This document shows positions 28,246 to 40,280 of a DNA stretch of 64,000 nt, piece by piece. Where the stretch lies: NCBI GenBank assembly GCA_043228905.1, contig JBHGNT010000001.1, forward strand, positions 23,374,001 to 23,438,000, given 5' to 3'. The DNA is from Azolla caroliniana (Eukaryota; Plantae; Polypodiophyta). Position numbers and translations under genes: made by a program. Numbering within the stretch: position 1 is the first letter of the stretch; each line of letters starts with the position of its first letter. The notes beneath the pieces are model-generated. The model saw only the letters and a program-made list of their open reading frames with translations. It ran no database searches and had not been told where the DNA came from.

Positions 28246-31200
28246 TCACTTCGGCATGGGATGTCTTTCCAATCCGATCCTCTTCCGGCATGCTTCCAGC
28301 TTGTCGGGTGTGAGCACCTTGGTCAGCATATCCGACCCGTTCTCGTCCGTGTGGATCTTTGTCAGCACGAACTCCTTGTCTTCTATCCTTTCCCGGATCC
28401 AGTGATATCTTCGCTGGATGTGCTTCGTCCGGGAGTGATAGGCCGCGTTCTTCGCAAGGTGGATTGCACTCTGACTGTCGCAGTAGAGTCGGTACTCCTC
28501 CTACCGGATACCGAGCTCTCTAATGAAGTCCTTCATCCGTATTATTTCCTTGCCGGCTTCAACAGCTGCCATGTACTCCGTGGTTGACAACGCAACCGTC
28601 TTCTGCAGCCTCGACTGCCACGAAACGGCTCCCCCTGCATACGTCATCACATACCCTGATGTGGACCGGCTGGTATCTGCGTCAGCCGACATATCCGAAT
28701 CGGTGAAGCCGTCGAGTTCGGGCTTACCGGATCCGAATCGGAGGCACACGTTTGCCGTGCCCTTCAGGTATCGGAGTATCCACTTGGCCGCGTTCCAATG
28801 CTCTTTGCCGGGATTGCTCATGTACCGGCTCACCACTCCGACTGCATATCCTATGTCCGGTCTCGTACACACCATGGCGTACATCAAGCTCCCGACGGCT
28901 GAGGCATACGGCACTTTCATCATATCCTCCTTTTCAGCCTTTGTCTTGGGACTTTGCTTGCTGGACAGCTTGCAGTTTGCCGGGAGGGTCGATCCGACCG
29001 GTCTTGCTTCCGACATGTTGAACCGGTGAAGCACCTTCGTCACGTACTTCTCCTGTGACAGCCACAACTGCTTCTTCTTCCGGTCCCGGATGATGTGCAT
29101 CCCTAGTATTTGCCTCGCCGGACCCAGGTCCTTCATTGAGAAGGTTCGGTGAAGAGCCTTCTTCAGCATCCGTATCTTGACCTGGTCCCGTCCGACGATC
29201 AGCATGTCGTCCACGTACAGGAGGAGTATTAGAAAGTCTCCTCCTTCGAACTTCTTCACAAACACGCAGTGGTCGGACTGCGTTTTGAGGTACCCTTCGT
29301 CGGTCATGAAGGAGTCGAACTTCCGGTACCATTGCCGGGGAGCCTGCTTCAGTCCGTAAAGGCTCTTCTTCAACCGGCATACCAGGTGCTCCTTCCCTTT
29401 CTTCTCGAATCCTTCCAGTTGCTGCATGTAGATCTCTTCATCGAGGTCACCGTGAAGGAATGCCGTCTTCACGTCCATCTGTTCTACCTCGAGGTCCATG
29501 CTTGCCGCTATGCTCAGCACCGTCCGGATGGAGGTCATCTTCACTACCGGGGCAAATATCTCGTCGAAGTCGACGCCCTTCTTCTGCTGAAACCCCTTCA
29601 CCACGATCCTGGCTTTGTATCTCGGGGGGTTTCCGGCATCTCCCGGTTTCAGCTTGAACACCCACTTGTTTCGAAGTGCCCGCTTTCCTTTCGGCAACTC
29701 CACAAGTTCATATGTGTGGTTCTCATGCAGGGAATCCATCTCGTCCTGCATGGCACTCAACCACCTGCGGCTCTGGGTGTCATGTTTTGCTTCTTCAAAG
29801 CTCTCCGGCTCCCCCTCGTCGGTTAGCAGCACGTGCTCTGGTTCCGGAAATCTCCGGGGGGCCCTTCTCTCTCTTAGAGGATATCTCCGTTCCGGAGCTT
29901 CGGTAACCGGTTCTTCCGATTCTTCTTCATCCGAATCCATTTCGGGATCGGGGCCGGTTCCGGTATCATTTTCATCTTCTTCGGCCGGTTCTGTTTCTTC
30001 ACCGTCTTCGGCCGGATCCTCGAGTGCTAACCGGTCCCTTGCCGGTCGGGACTGCTCCTCGTAGAGTTGATCCTCACCGGTCGACTTGGAGCTCTTCATC
30101 TTCTTCTCCGACTCCCAGTCGGCGAGTGTCTTGTCCTCCATGAAGATGATGTCTCGACTCCTGAATATCTTCTTGTCGATCGGGTCCCATACTCGGTAGC
30201 CGAACTCGTCGTCGCCGTAACCGAGGAATATGCATGGCCGGGTCTTTGGATCTAGCTTTCCTCTCCGGTCCTTTGCCACATGCACGTATGCGAGACACCC
30301 GAACACCTTCAGATGCCGGTAGGACACTTCCTTACCGGTCCACACTTTCTGCGGCGTGTCTCCGTCCAAAGGTACTGAGGGTGATCTGTTTATCACGTAT
30401 GTCGCCGTCGACATTGCCTCAGCCCAAAACCCCTTGGGTAATTTCGCATGTGCCAGCATACTCCGGACCCTCTCCATTATGGTCCGGTACATCCTCTCGG
30501 CCAGCCCGTTTAGTTCCGGCGTCTTCGGCACAGTAAACTCGAGCCGGATTCCCTTCGAGCGACAGTACTCCTGGAACTGCCCCCGGTATTCCCCTCCGTT
30601 ATCCGCTCGTATCGCTTTCAGCTTCTTGCCGGATTCCCTTTCCACTCTCGCGTGGAGTTCTTTGAAGACGCACAACACTTGGTCCTTTGTCTTCAGCGGT
30701 GCCGTCCACAGCTTCCGGCTGTGATCATCAATGAATGTTACGAAGTACTGGGCTCCGCCATGTGACTTCGTTTCTACCTGACACACATCAGTGTGCACCA
30801 ACTCCAATGGTGCGCTACGTCTCGTCGGTGGCCTTGAGTGGAAGGAGGTTCGGTTCTGCTTACCGGCCAGGCAATCGGTGCACTTCTCCAGGTGCACATG
30901 CTTCACTGGAATAAGGTTGTCTTCTGCAAGCCTCTTCATCCCCTTCTCACTCATGTGGCACAGTCTTTTGTGCCACAGCTCATCGGCAGTGTCGGCTGCC
31001 ACATTCAGCTCTTCCGGACATAACCGGGCATTCATCAGGTACAGTGTGTTGTCTTTCCGGGCCCGAGCCACTATCAGGCTCCCCTTGCTGAACTTCATTA
31101 CGCCGTTCCGGATGCTACCTGTGTAGCCTTCATCGTCTAGCCTCCCGGCCGAAATCAGGTTCAATCGAACCTCCGGAACGTGTCGGACATCCTTCAGCAG

Positions 31201-32333
31201 CATTTTGCATCCGGTCGGGGTTGTCAACCACACGTCTCCTATGCCGGCAATCCGGCACGTACCTTCATTTCCCATCCGAACACAGCCATGCTCACCGGCT
31301 GTGTAGGATGAGAAGTATCTTCTCTCCGGGGTCAGGTGGAACGATGCTCCGGAATCGACCACCCAGGTCGTCTCATCGCCGGCAATGTTTAGTTCACCTT
31401 CTTCGGTGATGAGCATGATTTCTTCCTCACTTGCCGCGAGTGCCGTTGTTCCTTTCCGGTCCTGCCCTCGCCGATCCGAACCTCTCCGATCCGTGGCTCC
31501 CCGGTATGCACCGTTTCTCTCCGGTGACTTCTTTGAATCGGTGTCGTCGGCTCCGTTGTCTTTTCGGTAATGCCGACAATTCTTTCGGAAGTGCCCCGGC
31601 TTCCCACAGTGGAAGCATGTGGGCCTTCCTCTTGACTGCGACCGGGTCCCCGACTTCTCCCGTCTTTGCGGACTCCGGTTCCATTGTCTTCCCCGATCCG
31701 ATTCGGTAAGCAGCGCCTTCGAGTCGGAGGCCGGTTCTTTATCTCTCCGACGCGCTTCTTCGTTCAAAATACTTGTCTTTACCGTTTGTAAGGACAAGTT
31801 ATCTTCGGTGCAGGAGGTGCTGAGAGTCACCACCAAGTTCTCCCAGCTTTCCGGCAATGTACACATAAGGATGATGGCTTGCATTGCATCCTCCAACGGG
31901 AACTTGATCGCCGCAAGCTGATTCACGAATCCCATGAACGTGCTTACGTGTTCCACCATACTCTCGCCGTCCCGGTACTTGAGTCGCCGTCCCGGTACTT
32001 GAGATTCACTATCTTCCTCATCAGGGAGGTCCGGTTCAACGCATTCTTCCTCTCATAGAGGCCCGACAGCTTCCGCCACATCTCATATGCGTTGGTGTCG
32101 TTCGCCACATGTTGTAGAACGCTCACGTCGACGTATTGCCGAATGGTTGCAACGGCTTTCCGGTTCAGAAGCCTCCATTCCGACTCAAGTACCCCCTTCG
32201 GTATTTCCGACCTGTCAATCGGTTCGTACAGGTCCCGAACAATCAGAAGATCCTCCATCTTGATCTTCCAGTCGGCGTAATTTTGCGCATTCAGCACCAT
32301 CATCCCCGGCTGCCCGCTGCCGCCGCCTTCCAT
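28246..32333 (-). pseudogene. Copia gag-pol polyprotein, disrupted
   Basis: CFHCGKPGHFRKNC zinc knuckle, WVVDSGAS protease, WHKRLCH and LVHTDV..RADNGGEY..AER integrase, LLLYVDDMLI RT, FTDSD RNase H. Frameshift from a 20-bp duplication at 31964-32003 and in-frame TAG at 28503-28501; the frame resumes to TGA at 28248-28246. Confidence 0.93.
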
Positions 32334-32363
32334 TTTCTGCAGCAGCTCGCTCTGATACCAGTT

Positions 32364-32978
32364 TGTAAGGAATCGACGCTTCGATTAACCTTCACCACTC
32401 GGCCACAACCGAGTAAGCGCGAATCGATGCAGCAGAAAATAGGAACCACAGAGAGAAACACACGAATACACAGGGATTAACGTGGAAAACCCTAGACGGG
32501 AAAAACCACGGGAGTACAAGACTCCAAACCAACACTATACAAAGAGAAGTATACAATGGCGAGCTACAAGGCGACGACCTTGAGCTCGCTGTCCTCGCCA
32601 CAGGCGGCGGAAATACACAGAGGCGTCGTCCTCTCCCTCTCTCGCGCTCTATCTCTCTCTCTCTCTCTCTCACGGCTGCTCCCTCTTCACTCCTCTTGAG
32701 TGGAAAAACAGAAAAAAAGATCGGCAGCAATAAAACAGTTTGCCCTAAGTCATATTTATACATATATGACTTTGGGGCTATTTACAACTATAGCCTCAGG
32801 GGCCCATAGCAAACATATTCACGGATATGTCCCTGCATCCGGATCGCTCTCCGGGTACATTCGTCATCCGGCTCCGAAGCCGGGGTCTTCATCATCCGGT
32901 TCCGAAACCGAAACCGGGCTCGTCGGCATTCATCTCCGACATCCGACCATCCCATCCGAAGGGACCGTAATCCCAACA
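32364..32978 (-). repeat. 5' LTR of the Copia element
   Basis: TG...CA termini with the PBS adjacent. Confidence 0.97.
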
Positions 32979-33011
32979 CTTTTTTTTCCTTTTTTGTACT
33001 TTAATTTCAAG

Positions 33012-33049
<38 letters not shown>

Positions 33050-33577
33050 ATGAATTGTGTTGACATGTGAATAGAAGGAATGGTGGGGATGTGATGGATT
33101 CTTCTTCTCCGGCGGTTACTTCTTCGTATCAGAACATGACCAATAACGTTATTCATTCGCCATATCGTGGCAACCATGATTTCTCCAACCATTCTATTGT
33201 GCTTCTTGATCCTCCTTCTTCCCACAAGGTCTACGACTATGGCTATGGCAATATTATTGACCATGATTCAATGTTCCAAGGCTTTTGCTACATCTCAGCC
33301 TCCTCCGTATAATAACACCGCCAAGAAGTAGGCGGTGTAGAAGGAGAAGGTGAAGAAGAAGCATGCGGGGATGAATCAGAAGAGCAATAATGGGGGATCT
33401 ATGGGGAACTCTAGGTAGTAGGTGTGGCTCATGATCGTGGAGAGGATGAGGGAGGAGTTCCTCAGAGCCAAGGACGTGCACAAAGCTAACATTAATCTCA
33501 AGAACATCATGGTGATGAGCAAGAAGAGTAGAAGCTTGATCCGCCATGTCGACGAGAATCAAATGCCAGAATAAGAT

Positions 33578-33690
33578 GAATCATAGTCATGGTGATCCTC
33601 ATAATCAGATGAATCATAGTCATGAACCATGGTGATCCTCATAATCAGATGAATCATAGTCATGGACCATGGTGATCCTCAGAATCAGAA
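33578..33690. repeat. Minisatellite, ~3 copies of ATGAATCATAGTC...ATGGTGATCCTCA(T/G)AATCAG
   Basis: Directly visible 33-38 bp units. Confidence 0.8.
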
Positions 33691-34140
33691 TCAGAGTCAT
33701 CACGATGATGGCGGTGATCAAAACAATAGGAAGAATCTGAGGAGGACAAAGAGAACAAAGGTGAATGGTTTTGGGAATATTGCCATAGAAGCTGAAGCTT
33801 TAGCTCATAACACTTCCTGCCACTCTCACACGCTCTCTGTCTCACACTCTCTCATATGACACAACTAGGAAGAGAGCCTTAGTCCTTCAGATTAAAGACT
33901 TAGAATCTCAAATCACATTATTTAAGAAGAGACCGATTCTTCGAGGATTAGGTGGAACCCTATTTATCTAGATAAAGACCTCACTAAGATGCAAATTGAG
34001 CGCTGCAAAAGTTGTATGCCATGAGTCAAGCAAGCTCGTAAAGAAGGACATCGCGCTTTTTATTGGGACGGGCGAGGGATAATAAATGATCACGCTACTA
34101 ATTGATGGTGTCCGGCCCATGTGACAAAAAACACTCTGGA

Positions 34141-34629
34141 CACACCCCGACCGCCGAGAGGAGATATTAAAGGTATCATATATACTTTTCTTGGTAGAAA
34201 CACACCAAAGCCCAAATAGAAAACTCCCACAAGTCGAAGGATTTCATTGGGAGTCCGTATTTAGAAAAACCTCACGTCGACGCACTACCAGAGGATCTGG
34301 AGGTGTTGCAATATTGTTTCGGAGAGAGCTGCATAATAGGATAGAAATGCTAAGGACAGACCCAGATGCTTGTTTTATGTGGGTGAAAGTCTTCACTAAC
34401 AAGGACCAGGTAGTATTTTTCGCCATTTGTTACTTTCCTCCAAAAGGATCCCGTTATAATATGGTTGGAGAGGCGAGGTTAGTTGATGAAGGAGTGCACA
34501 TGGTCTTTCTCCATACGAATCTTTATTGGATGACACAATCCGATATTCTTCCCACTGAGAAATCTTCCTTGTAGAAGATTTCAATGTGAGAACCCAATCC
34601 TGACAATGCACAATATTTTAGATGAATAG
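34141..34629 (+). mobile_element. LINE 5' part: APE endonuclease N-terminal half (continues at 43494)
   Basis: LFLVETH, RGSGGVAILFR, ICYFPP and DFNVRT motifs; ends at TSD AATAG 34625-34629. Confidence 0.85.
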
Positions 34630-34670
34630 TGTCGAGAGAGATCGAGAGAGAGAGAGAGAGAGAGAGAGAG

Positions 34671-34750
34671 CCCAAATGGATGTAGCTTAGTTGGTAAGGT
34701 TGCCCAATGGAGACCAGGTGGTCATGGGTTCAACCCCTACATTCCACAGT
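34671..34750 (+). other. tRNA-derived (SINE-head-like) sequence
   Basis: A box TAGCTTAGTTGG (34683-34694), B box GGTTCAACCCC (34727-34737), flanking TGGATGTAG/CTACATTCCA stem; the anticodon arm is not canonical. Confidence 0.6.
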
Positions 34751-34839
34751 GGCATCTAGTGAAATAGAGATATATATGAAGTATATAATAGAGAGGTGAG
34801 GAAAGTGGGTTTCGAACCCAAGACACAGTGCTTGTAGTG

Positions 34840-36900
34840 TGTTATAGGCAAATTAAACACTTGCCCCTTCCTTACCAGTTTACGTTGCATTAACTCTCTT
34901 TGTATCTTATTCTGCTCGGATGACAACACACTCGATGCAAGCTCAGCTCCTGGCGTCCCCTTAATGTCCTCATCTTCGTTTGAGCTTGATGAGTCAGAGT
35001 CTGACATTTTAGTCATCTTCTTTTTTGTTGGCCTTGATTGTACTTTAGATGCCCTTTTCGAGGCCTTTATTGGGGAGGGCAATGACTCCCTTAGAGTTAC
35101 ATGGCCTTGTATATAAGGCCTCAAGGTAACAATAAGGTTTTGTGAGCTTTCTAGATCTTTTTTAAATGCTTCTGGCCCACAAGATTTCTTTACTAGAAGA
35201 TCTTCAAAAAGGAACACTTTACGTACCCCCTTAGAGCACTCTATCATTACAAGTATGTTGGCCGAATCTGAATCTTCGTAGTCAAATCGTAGAATACGGC
35301 CATACATAAACGCGGTTTCATTTTCAAGTTGCCCCTCACCCTTCTTCTTTGTTGTATACAACACGACTTTTTTCTTTGAGTCGACGTATTGCATACACCA
35401 TTCCTTGTCCATTAGATCACGGTCAGGAAGGTCTTCACCACCAGTAGCTGCTAATAGTTTTTTTTGGTTGACCTCATTGGGTGGTTGAGATTTTGTCTCC
35501 TCGTTAAAGATAAGCTTTTTTCCTCTCTTCATGTTCTCGGGAGCTATTAGGGTCTGTGTTTCAATTGGAGAGCCCTGTATGCGGAGCTTTATCTTCTTCA
35601 TAGGTCGGCCTGACAAGTTCTCAAACGACCTATTTAAGAAAGGACATGTGAAAACATAAGTTAGGTGGTCATGTAGATTAAGGTTGTATATTAAAATACA
35701 AATAATTAGACGAAGACAAAAACTAGCAGGCAATTTGTGGTAAAACTATAAATATCAATCATGCATTGAGTGAACATGGTAGTCCTTTATTTAGAAATCC
35801 ATTCTAGTAAGGGCTATTCAACTTAGAAAATATATATCTTAATAAGTATACAAGGATATATATTATCTTGAAGGGTAGGTATGGATTATATTGATTCCAT
35901 ATCCATATTCTAGAGAATTTGCATATCATAGACTTGATTTTGGTATCGTAAACGTAATTTGTGGGTTATTTTCTACTATTTTAAGCTATACTAGGTCATA
36001 AAACCTCTATAATTAAGGCCCCTATTTGTTACAAAATATGACAAATCTCCATAAAAAAAGTCTGATTTTGACAGAAAGTTTGATATCTTTTCACACAATA
36101 CTAAATTGTTGCCCCAAAGACACAATATTCCTCTTTGAATTGTGTGTTTTATACAGGAACTCGATACGCCGTATCGTGTTCCTGTATATAGTTCGTGTCT
36201 ATACATGAACTCGATGCATGGTATCGAGTTCATGTATCAAACACATACTTTACACAGGAACTCGATACGGTGTATCGAGTTCCTGTATAAAACGAGAACT
36301 TTATACAGGAACTCGATACGCCGTATCGAGTTCCTGTATAATGTTTGTGTTTTATACAGGAACTCGATACGGCATATCTAGTTCCTGTTTAAAACGTATA
36401 ATATATACAAGAAAACACAAACTGTATACAAGAACTCGTTATGTCGTATCGAGTGCTTACAGTATAAACACGAACATAATACAGGAACTCAATACGGCGT
36501 ATTGAGTTCCTCTTTAAAATACAAATTGTGTATAGGAACTCGATACGCCGTATTGAGTTCCTGTATAAAACACAAACATTATACAGGAACTTGATACGTC
36601 GTATCGAGTTCCTGTTTAAAACGCAAACATAATACAGGATCTCGATACGGCGTATCGAGTTCCTCTTTAAAACAAAAACTTTAAACAGGAACTCGATACG
36701 CTGTATCGAGTTCCTGTATAAAACACAAACATAATACAAGAACTCTATACAACGTATCGAGTTCCTGTATAAAACCTAAACTTCAAACAAGAACTCGATA
36801 TGCCGTATCGAGTTCCTGAGTGCTAAAACGTATTTACAAAAATGTCCACAGTGTCAGAGGCTTACCTGGAGTCCTGGCGCTCGATTTTCTTTGAAGACAT
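34840..36900 (-). CDS. Spliced accessory gene of the putative DNA transposon, function unknown, 3'-truncated
   Basis: Exon 1 36900-36866 (MSSKKIERQDS, donor AG|GTAAG) joins in phase 2 to acceptor TAG|G at 35629. Open frame of ~260 further codons up to ..LVRKGQVFNLPIT. TATAAATA on the minus strand at 37015-37008. Confidence 0.6.
36140..36818. repeat. Tandem array of 13 palindromic 37-bp units, ~51-bp period
   Basis: Consensus ATACAGGAACTCGATAC-GCC/GGC-GTATCGAGTTCCTGTAT at 36151, 36201, 36252, 36303, 36354, 36426, 36479, 36530, 36581, 36632, 36683, 36734 and 36785, with ~14-bp AAAACACAAACATT-type spacers. Confidence 0.95.
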
Positions 36901-37007
36901 GGTTGATCTTGTTGATGTTTAGGCTGAGATCTCGCTTTCGTGCTTCATGCTCTATGTGCTCTGTTTGCTCTTGTGCTTCGTGTGACTGAAATATGACGAG
37001 GTTTTCC

Positions 37008-37660
37008 TATTTATAGGGATTGACCACAATCGTTAAAGTAACCATAGTCACTTTAACCAAGGTTGGCAAGCTTGAGGTTAGTTAGTTAGTAACCATAGTC
37101 ACTTTGACCAGAGTTACTTATGATTGCATCAATGATTACAAAGTCAAACTAACATATTGATGATTATTTTATAGTCAAAATAACATACAATGACTTTGAA
37201 GGTCATGAAGGAAACAATGATAGAGGTTCATGAATGAACCAATGATTGATTACTCAAAGCAACATTTTTATGACTCTTAATTGCTTTGTATTAAAGATGT
37301 CGGCATGAATGAACCAATGATTGAAAATTCTTATATTTAAATTGGTGGGCATGAATGAACCAATGATTGAGAAGTTCTATATTAAATATGGGTGCCATTA
37401 ATTAACTTTAATCCAACATATATATGGCTTCATAATGATTGTAATTATATTATACTTGATTTAACTTTGTACAGACTAGTTTAAGTAATTATTAATATGT
37501 TGAATACAATTATATCTTTATGCGTTTAATATTAATATGTTGAATAATGTCTTTATGTATTGTATTAATATAATATTAAATAATATAGACATTATATTGA
37601 GGGAGCTTCTGTTTAGAGAGGAGTTTATATTTAGAGAGGAGTATATGTTTAGAGAGGAGC
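37008..37660. promoter_or_regulatory. Putative bidirectional promoter with repeated motifs
   Basis: TATA (minus, 37008-37015); GTAACCATAGTCACTTT x2 (37038, 37089); CATGAATGAACCAATGATTGA x3 (37229, 37304, 37350); TTTAGAGAGGAG x3 (37612, 37630, 37648); lies between the divergent ORFs. Confidence 0.5.
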
Positions 37661-37719
37661 TTATCAGTTTTTTGCCTTAGCCTAAGCACATAACTTAAAG
37701 AGCTTTGTGTGGACCTTAA

Positions 37720-40280
37720 GCCACGAGTGAAGACTCACCATTCTCGATTGAAGAATATTGTTTGTCATCAGACTCTTCGTTTTCTACCGAAGAGTATTGT
37801 TTGTCGACACACTCACCATTTTCTATTGAAGAATATTGTCTGTCGACAGACTCACCATATTCTTTCGAAGAGTATTGCTTGAGCTCATCTTCACCTACAA
37901 CGAATGTGAATATTGACACGTGTGAAGAGTTCTCTATTGAAGAATACGATATTAATAAAGATACGGAGAATGAAGGTAGTGCCAATGAAACATCGAATAT
38001 CATGGGCGATGGTCACAACAAAGAATTGGATAGTAACAAGGTTACACCAACTTCTATGCAGGAAGAGAAATCTGGAAGCCCTATGCATATTAGAAGAATC
38101 CCACGAAGAATTCGTCTGGCTAGATTTAACTTGGTGACATCAGATAAACAGATTGGATTTGATGTCAAAAAAACATGTTGTGCCCGTGGTTGTATGTCTA
38201 TGATTGGAAAATCAAAGTTGCGAGAATTAAGGCGATACTATTTTTCGATGACTGGTGATGAGCAAGACACTTACCTCGGGTCACATATGTAACTAGTGTC
38301 TGACAAATGTACGGGGATCAAAGTATCATTCAAGTATTATATCTTCCATGCGCAACAGATATGTAGAGTTGCATTCAAAATTGCGTTATGTGTTAGTAAC
38401 ATGCGGCTACATAGAGTACAACAACGTCTACTTAGCGGGAATCAGATGCTCAATTGTAAAGAGGTTCCAAGTATGAAAGGTGCAATTGGAAGACATGCTA
38501 TTGGTTGGATGAAAAGTTACGTTCAGTTAAATTGTGAAGTAATGCCCACTATAGGTAGGATACACCTCTGTGATAATTACACACGTCGGGAAGTTTATGA
38601 TGTCTATCGATTTGATATGGTGGGCTCACGTAATAAGTTTTTCACATACAACCAATTCACAAGATTATGGAGAGCTTGGTTTTCAAATGTTAATCATTCC
38701 ACATAAAGTACGCATGGGGTATTGCTCCATTTGTGCAAATATTAAAAGTTTGGCTAAAGGTGCAAAGACATCAATGGAAAAGGATACGAGTAAGAAGTTA
38801 CTACAAGAGCATCGTGATGCACAATCGTTAGAACGAAAGAAGGCGATGCATCATAGAGAGAAGTGTTTGAAGAGGCCCGAACAATACATGTGCTTAATGA
38901 TAGATGGCATGGACCAGAAGAAGACGTCCTTGCCACATATGCGGAGGCTCCCCAAAGACGTCAAGTATGTTGGTCAACCAATGATTGTTTAGAAAAATGA
39001 AAGTCAATTTTCTTTTGGTTGGCCACACACATGATCATATAGATCAGATGTTTAGCACATTCTCGAGACAGTTGTCTCGGCATGATGCTTTCACATTACC
39101 TAAACTATTTGATGTCATTTGTGATGCATATACACCACGCCCAAAAGTGTTACACTAGAAGGAGGTATATGACTTTAAGAGATATATATCAGATGGGGGT
39201 GTTGGGAATGTTAAAGTGCTTGCCCAGTTAAACAATATAAGCTTCAATCACATTTTTATGATAAAGAAAAATGAAATAAGTGGTTCTACACTTTTGTATG
39301 CTAAACAATATTCATCTTCTACAACATGGGAACTTGAAGGTGGTTGCCAGATATTACTCTGTATGCCGAGTACAATTGTCCATGGAGCTAAGCAAATGCC
39401 AATTGAGAAGAAAGGACAGTTGCAAAGTGACTTGGTATCGGAACAAAAACGGTTATGGCTCCAAGCCTTAGAAGAAAAAAGAAAGCATATTGAGGTTGCC
39501 AAGAAATATGGCGCACAACAAGACACGTCATGGTGGGATGTATTTTATAGTGATAAGAAAGGAATTATAGACAATTGTGTATTTGGTCATAATTGGAATT
39601 TGGAAACGCCATTCACATGGTCGCTGCAACATGATCATGTAAATAAAACTCCGGAGCAACCAACAAATGCGATTAATGAAAGTTTGGTCCATCCACAACA
39701 AAGAGACATTTATGTGGGACCAAGGATGACCAAAGCAGTTAAAGCTAGATGGCAAGGCAATTTGCAAGACCTCACGGCGGGGATGTTGATTGCAACGCCA
39801 GTTGATGAGAACTCACATGGCCACCAATTTTGGGTTGGTAAAATTCTAGAAGTGCTAATGCATGAAATAGAAAACACGATCAAGTCTATAAACGTTCATT
39901 GGTACAACACTAGAAGTGCAAATGCTTTTATAGGTAAGTATACATTGGAGATGATTGAATGCCCAACAAGAAGGGGAGGTAGGAAGAGGAAGCGAAACAT
40001 TCGTAACACCTCGACCCTTGATATCTCTAATGTGGATATCATTGTGTACGACTTCACGCTTACAAAAGCCGAACGATTAAGGAAGTCAACAATAGATATA
40101 ATAAAAGAAAAATTACCAGGTCTACAAGGTGGCTCAAGTCAAAGGCAAACGAGATCTGCTACATATAATCTAGAGTCAAACCATTTGGTTTATGGCGAAG
40201 ATAATGCACTGATTGGTACATCCGAGGATGACGAGGAGGAATCGTCATTGTATATTAGTTATAGTAGTGATTCTCTGTAA
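37720..40280 (+). pseudogene. Decayed DDE-type transposase-like gene (DUF7869/Sola1-like by motif recall)
   Basis: Stitched frames give Cys clusters (CCARGC, ICRVAF, YCSIC), CLMIDGMDQKKT.LP (38891-38935), FLLVGHTHDHIDQMFS (39009-39056), VYDFK, and a C-terminal FWVGKILEV..INVHWY domain. It has several stops, a frameshift near 38690 and an apparent deletion near 38960. Confidence 0.7.

Larger units (their letters stand above)
27621..32978 (-). mobile_element. Full-length Ty1/Copia LTR retrotransposon, recent insertion
   Basis: Two 615-bp TG..CA LTRs, 5-bp TSD CTTTT (27616-27620, 32979-32983), tRNA-iMet PBS TGGTATCAGAGC (32360-32349), PPT AGGGGGAG next to 28236, domain order gag-PR-INT-RT-RH. 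Confidence 0.98.

Noticed and set aside
31944-32003. Programmed gag-pol frameshift in the Copia
   Set aside because: Explained by an exact 20-bp tandem duplication; removing it restores KYRDGESMVEH in one frame.
28261-32280. Many antisense and alternate-frame ORFs over the Copia (and at 60.4-61.3 kb)
   Set aside because: By-product of high GC content; no recognisable domains.
34671-34750. Functional tRNA gene (likewise 43377-43440 and 57845-57905)
   Set aside because: A and B boxes are present but there is no canonical anticodon arm or full cloverleaf, and all are embedded in transposons.
34831-34839. CACTA terminus (CTTGTAGTG)
   Set aside because: No partner CACTA end or 3-bp TSD was found; it may simply be a deletion junction.
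36140-36818. CRISPR array
   Set aside because: Spacers are only ~14 bp and homologous to each other, there are no cas genes, and the context is a eukaryotic intron.
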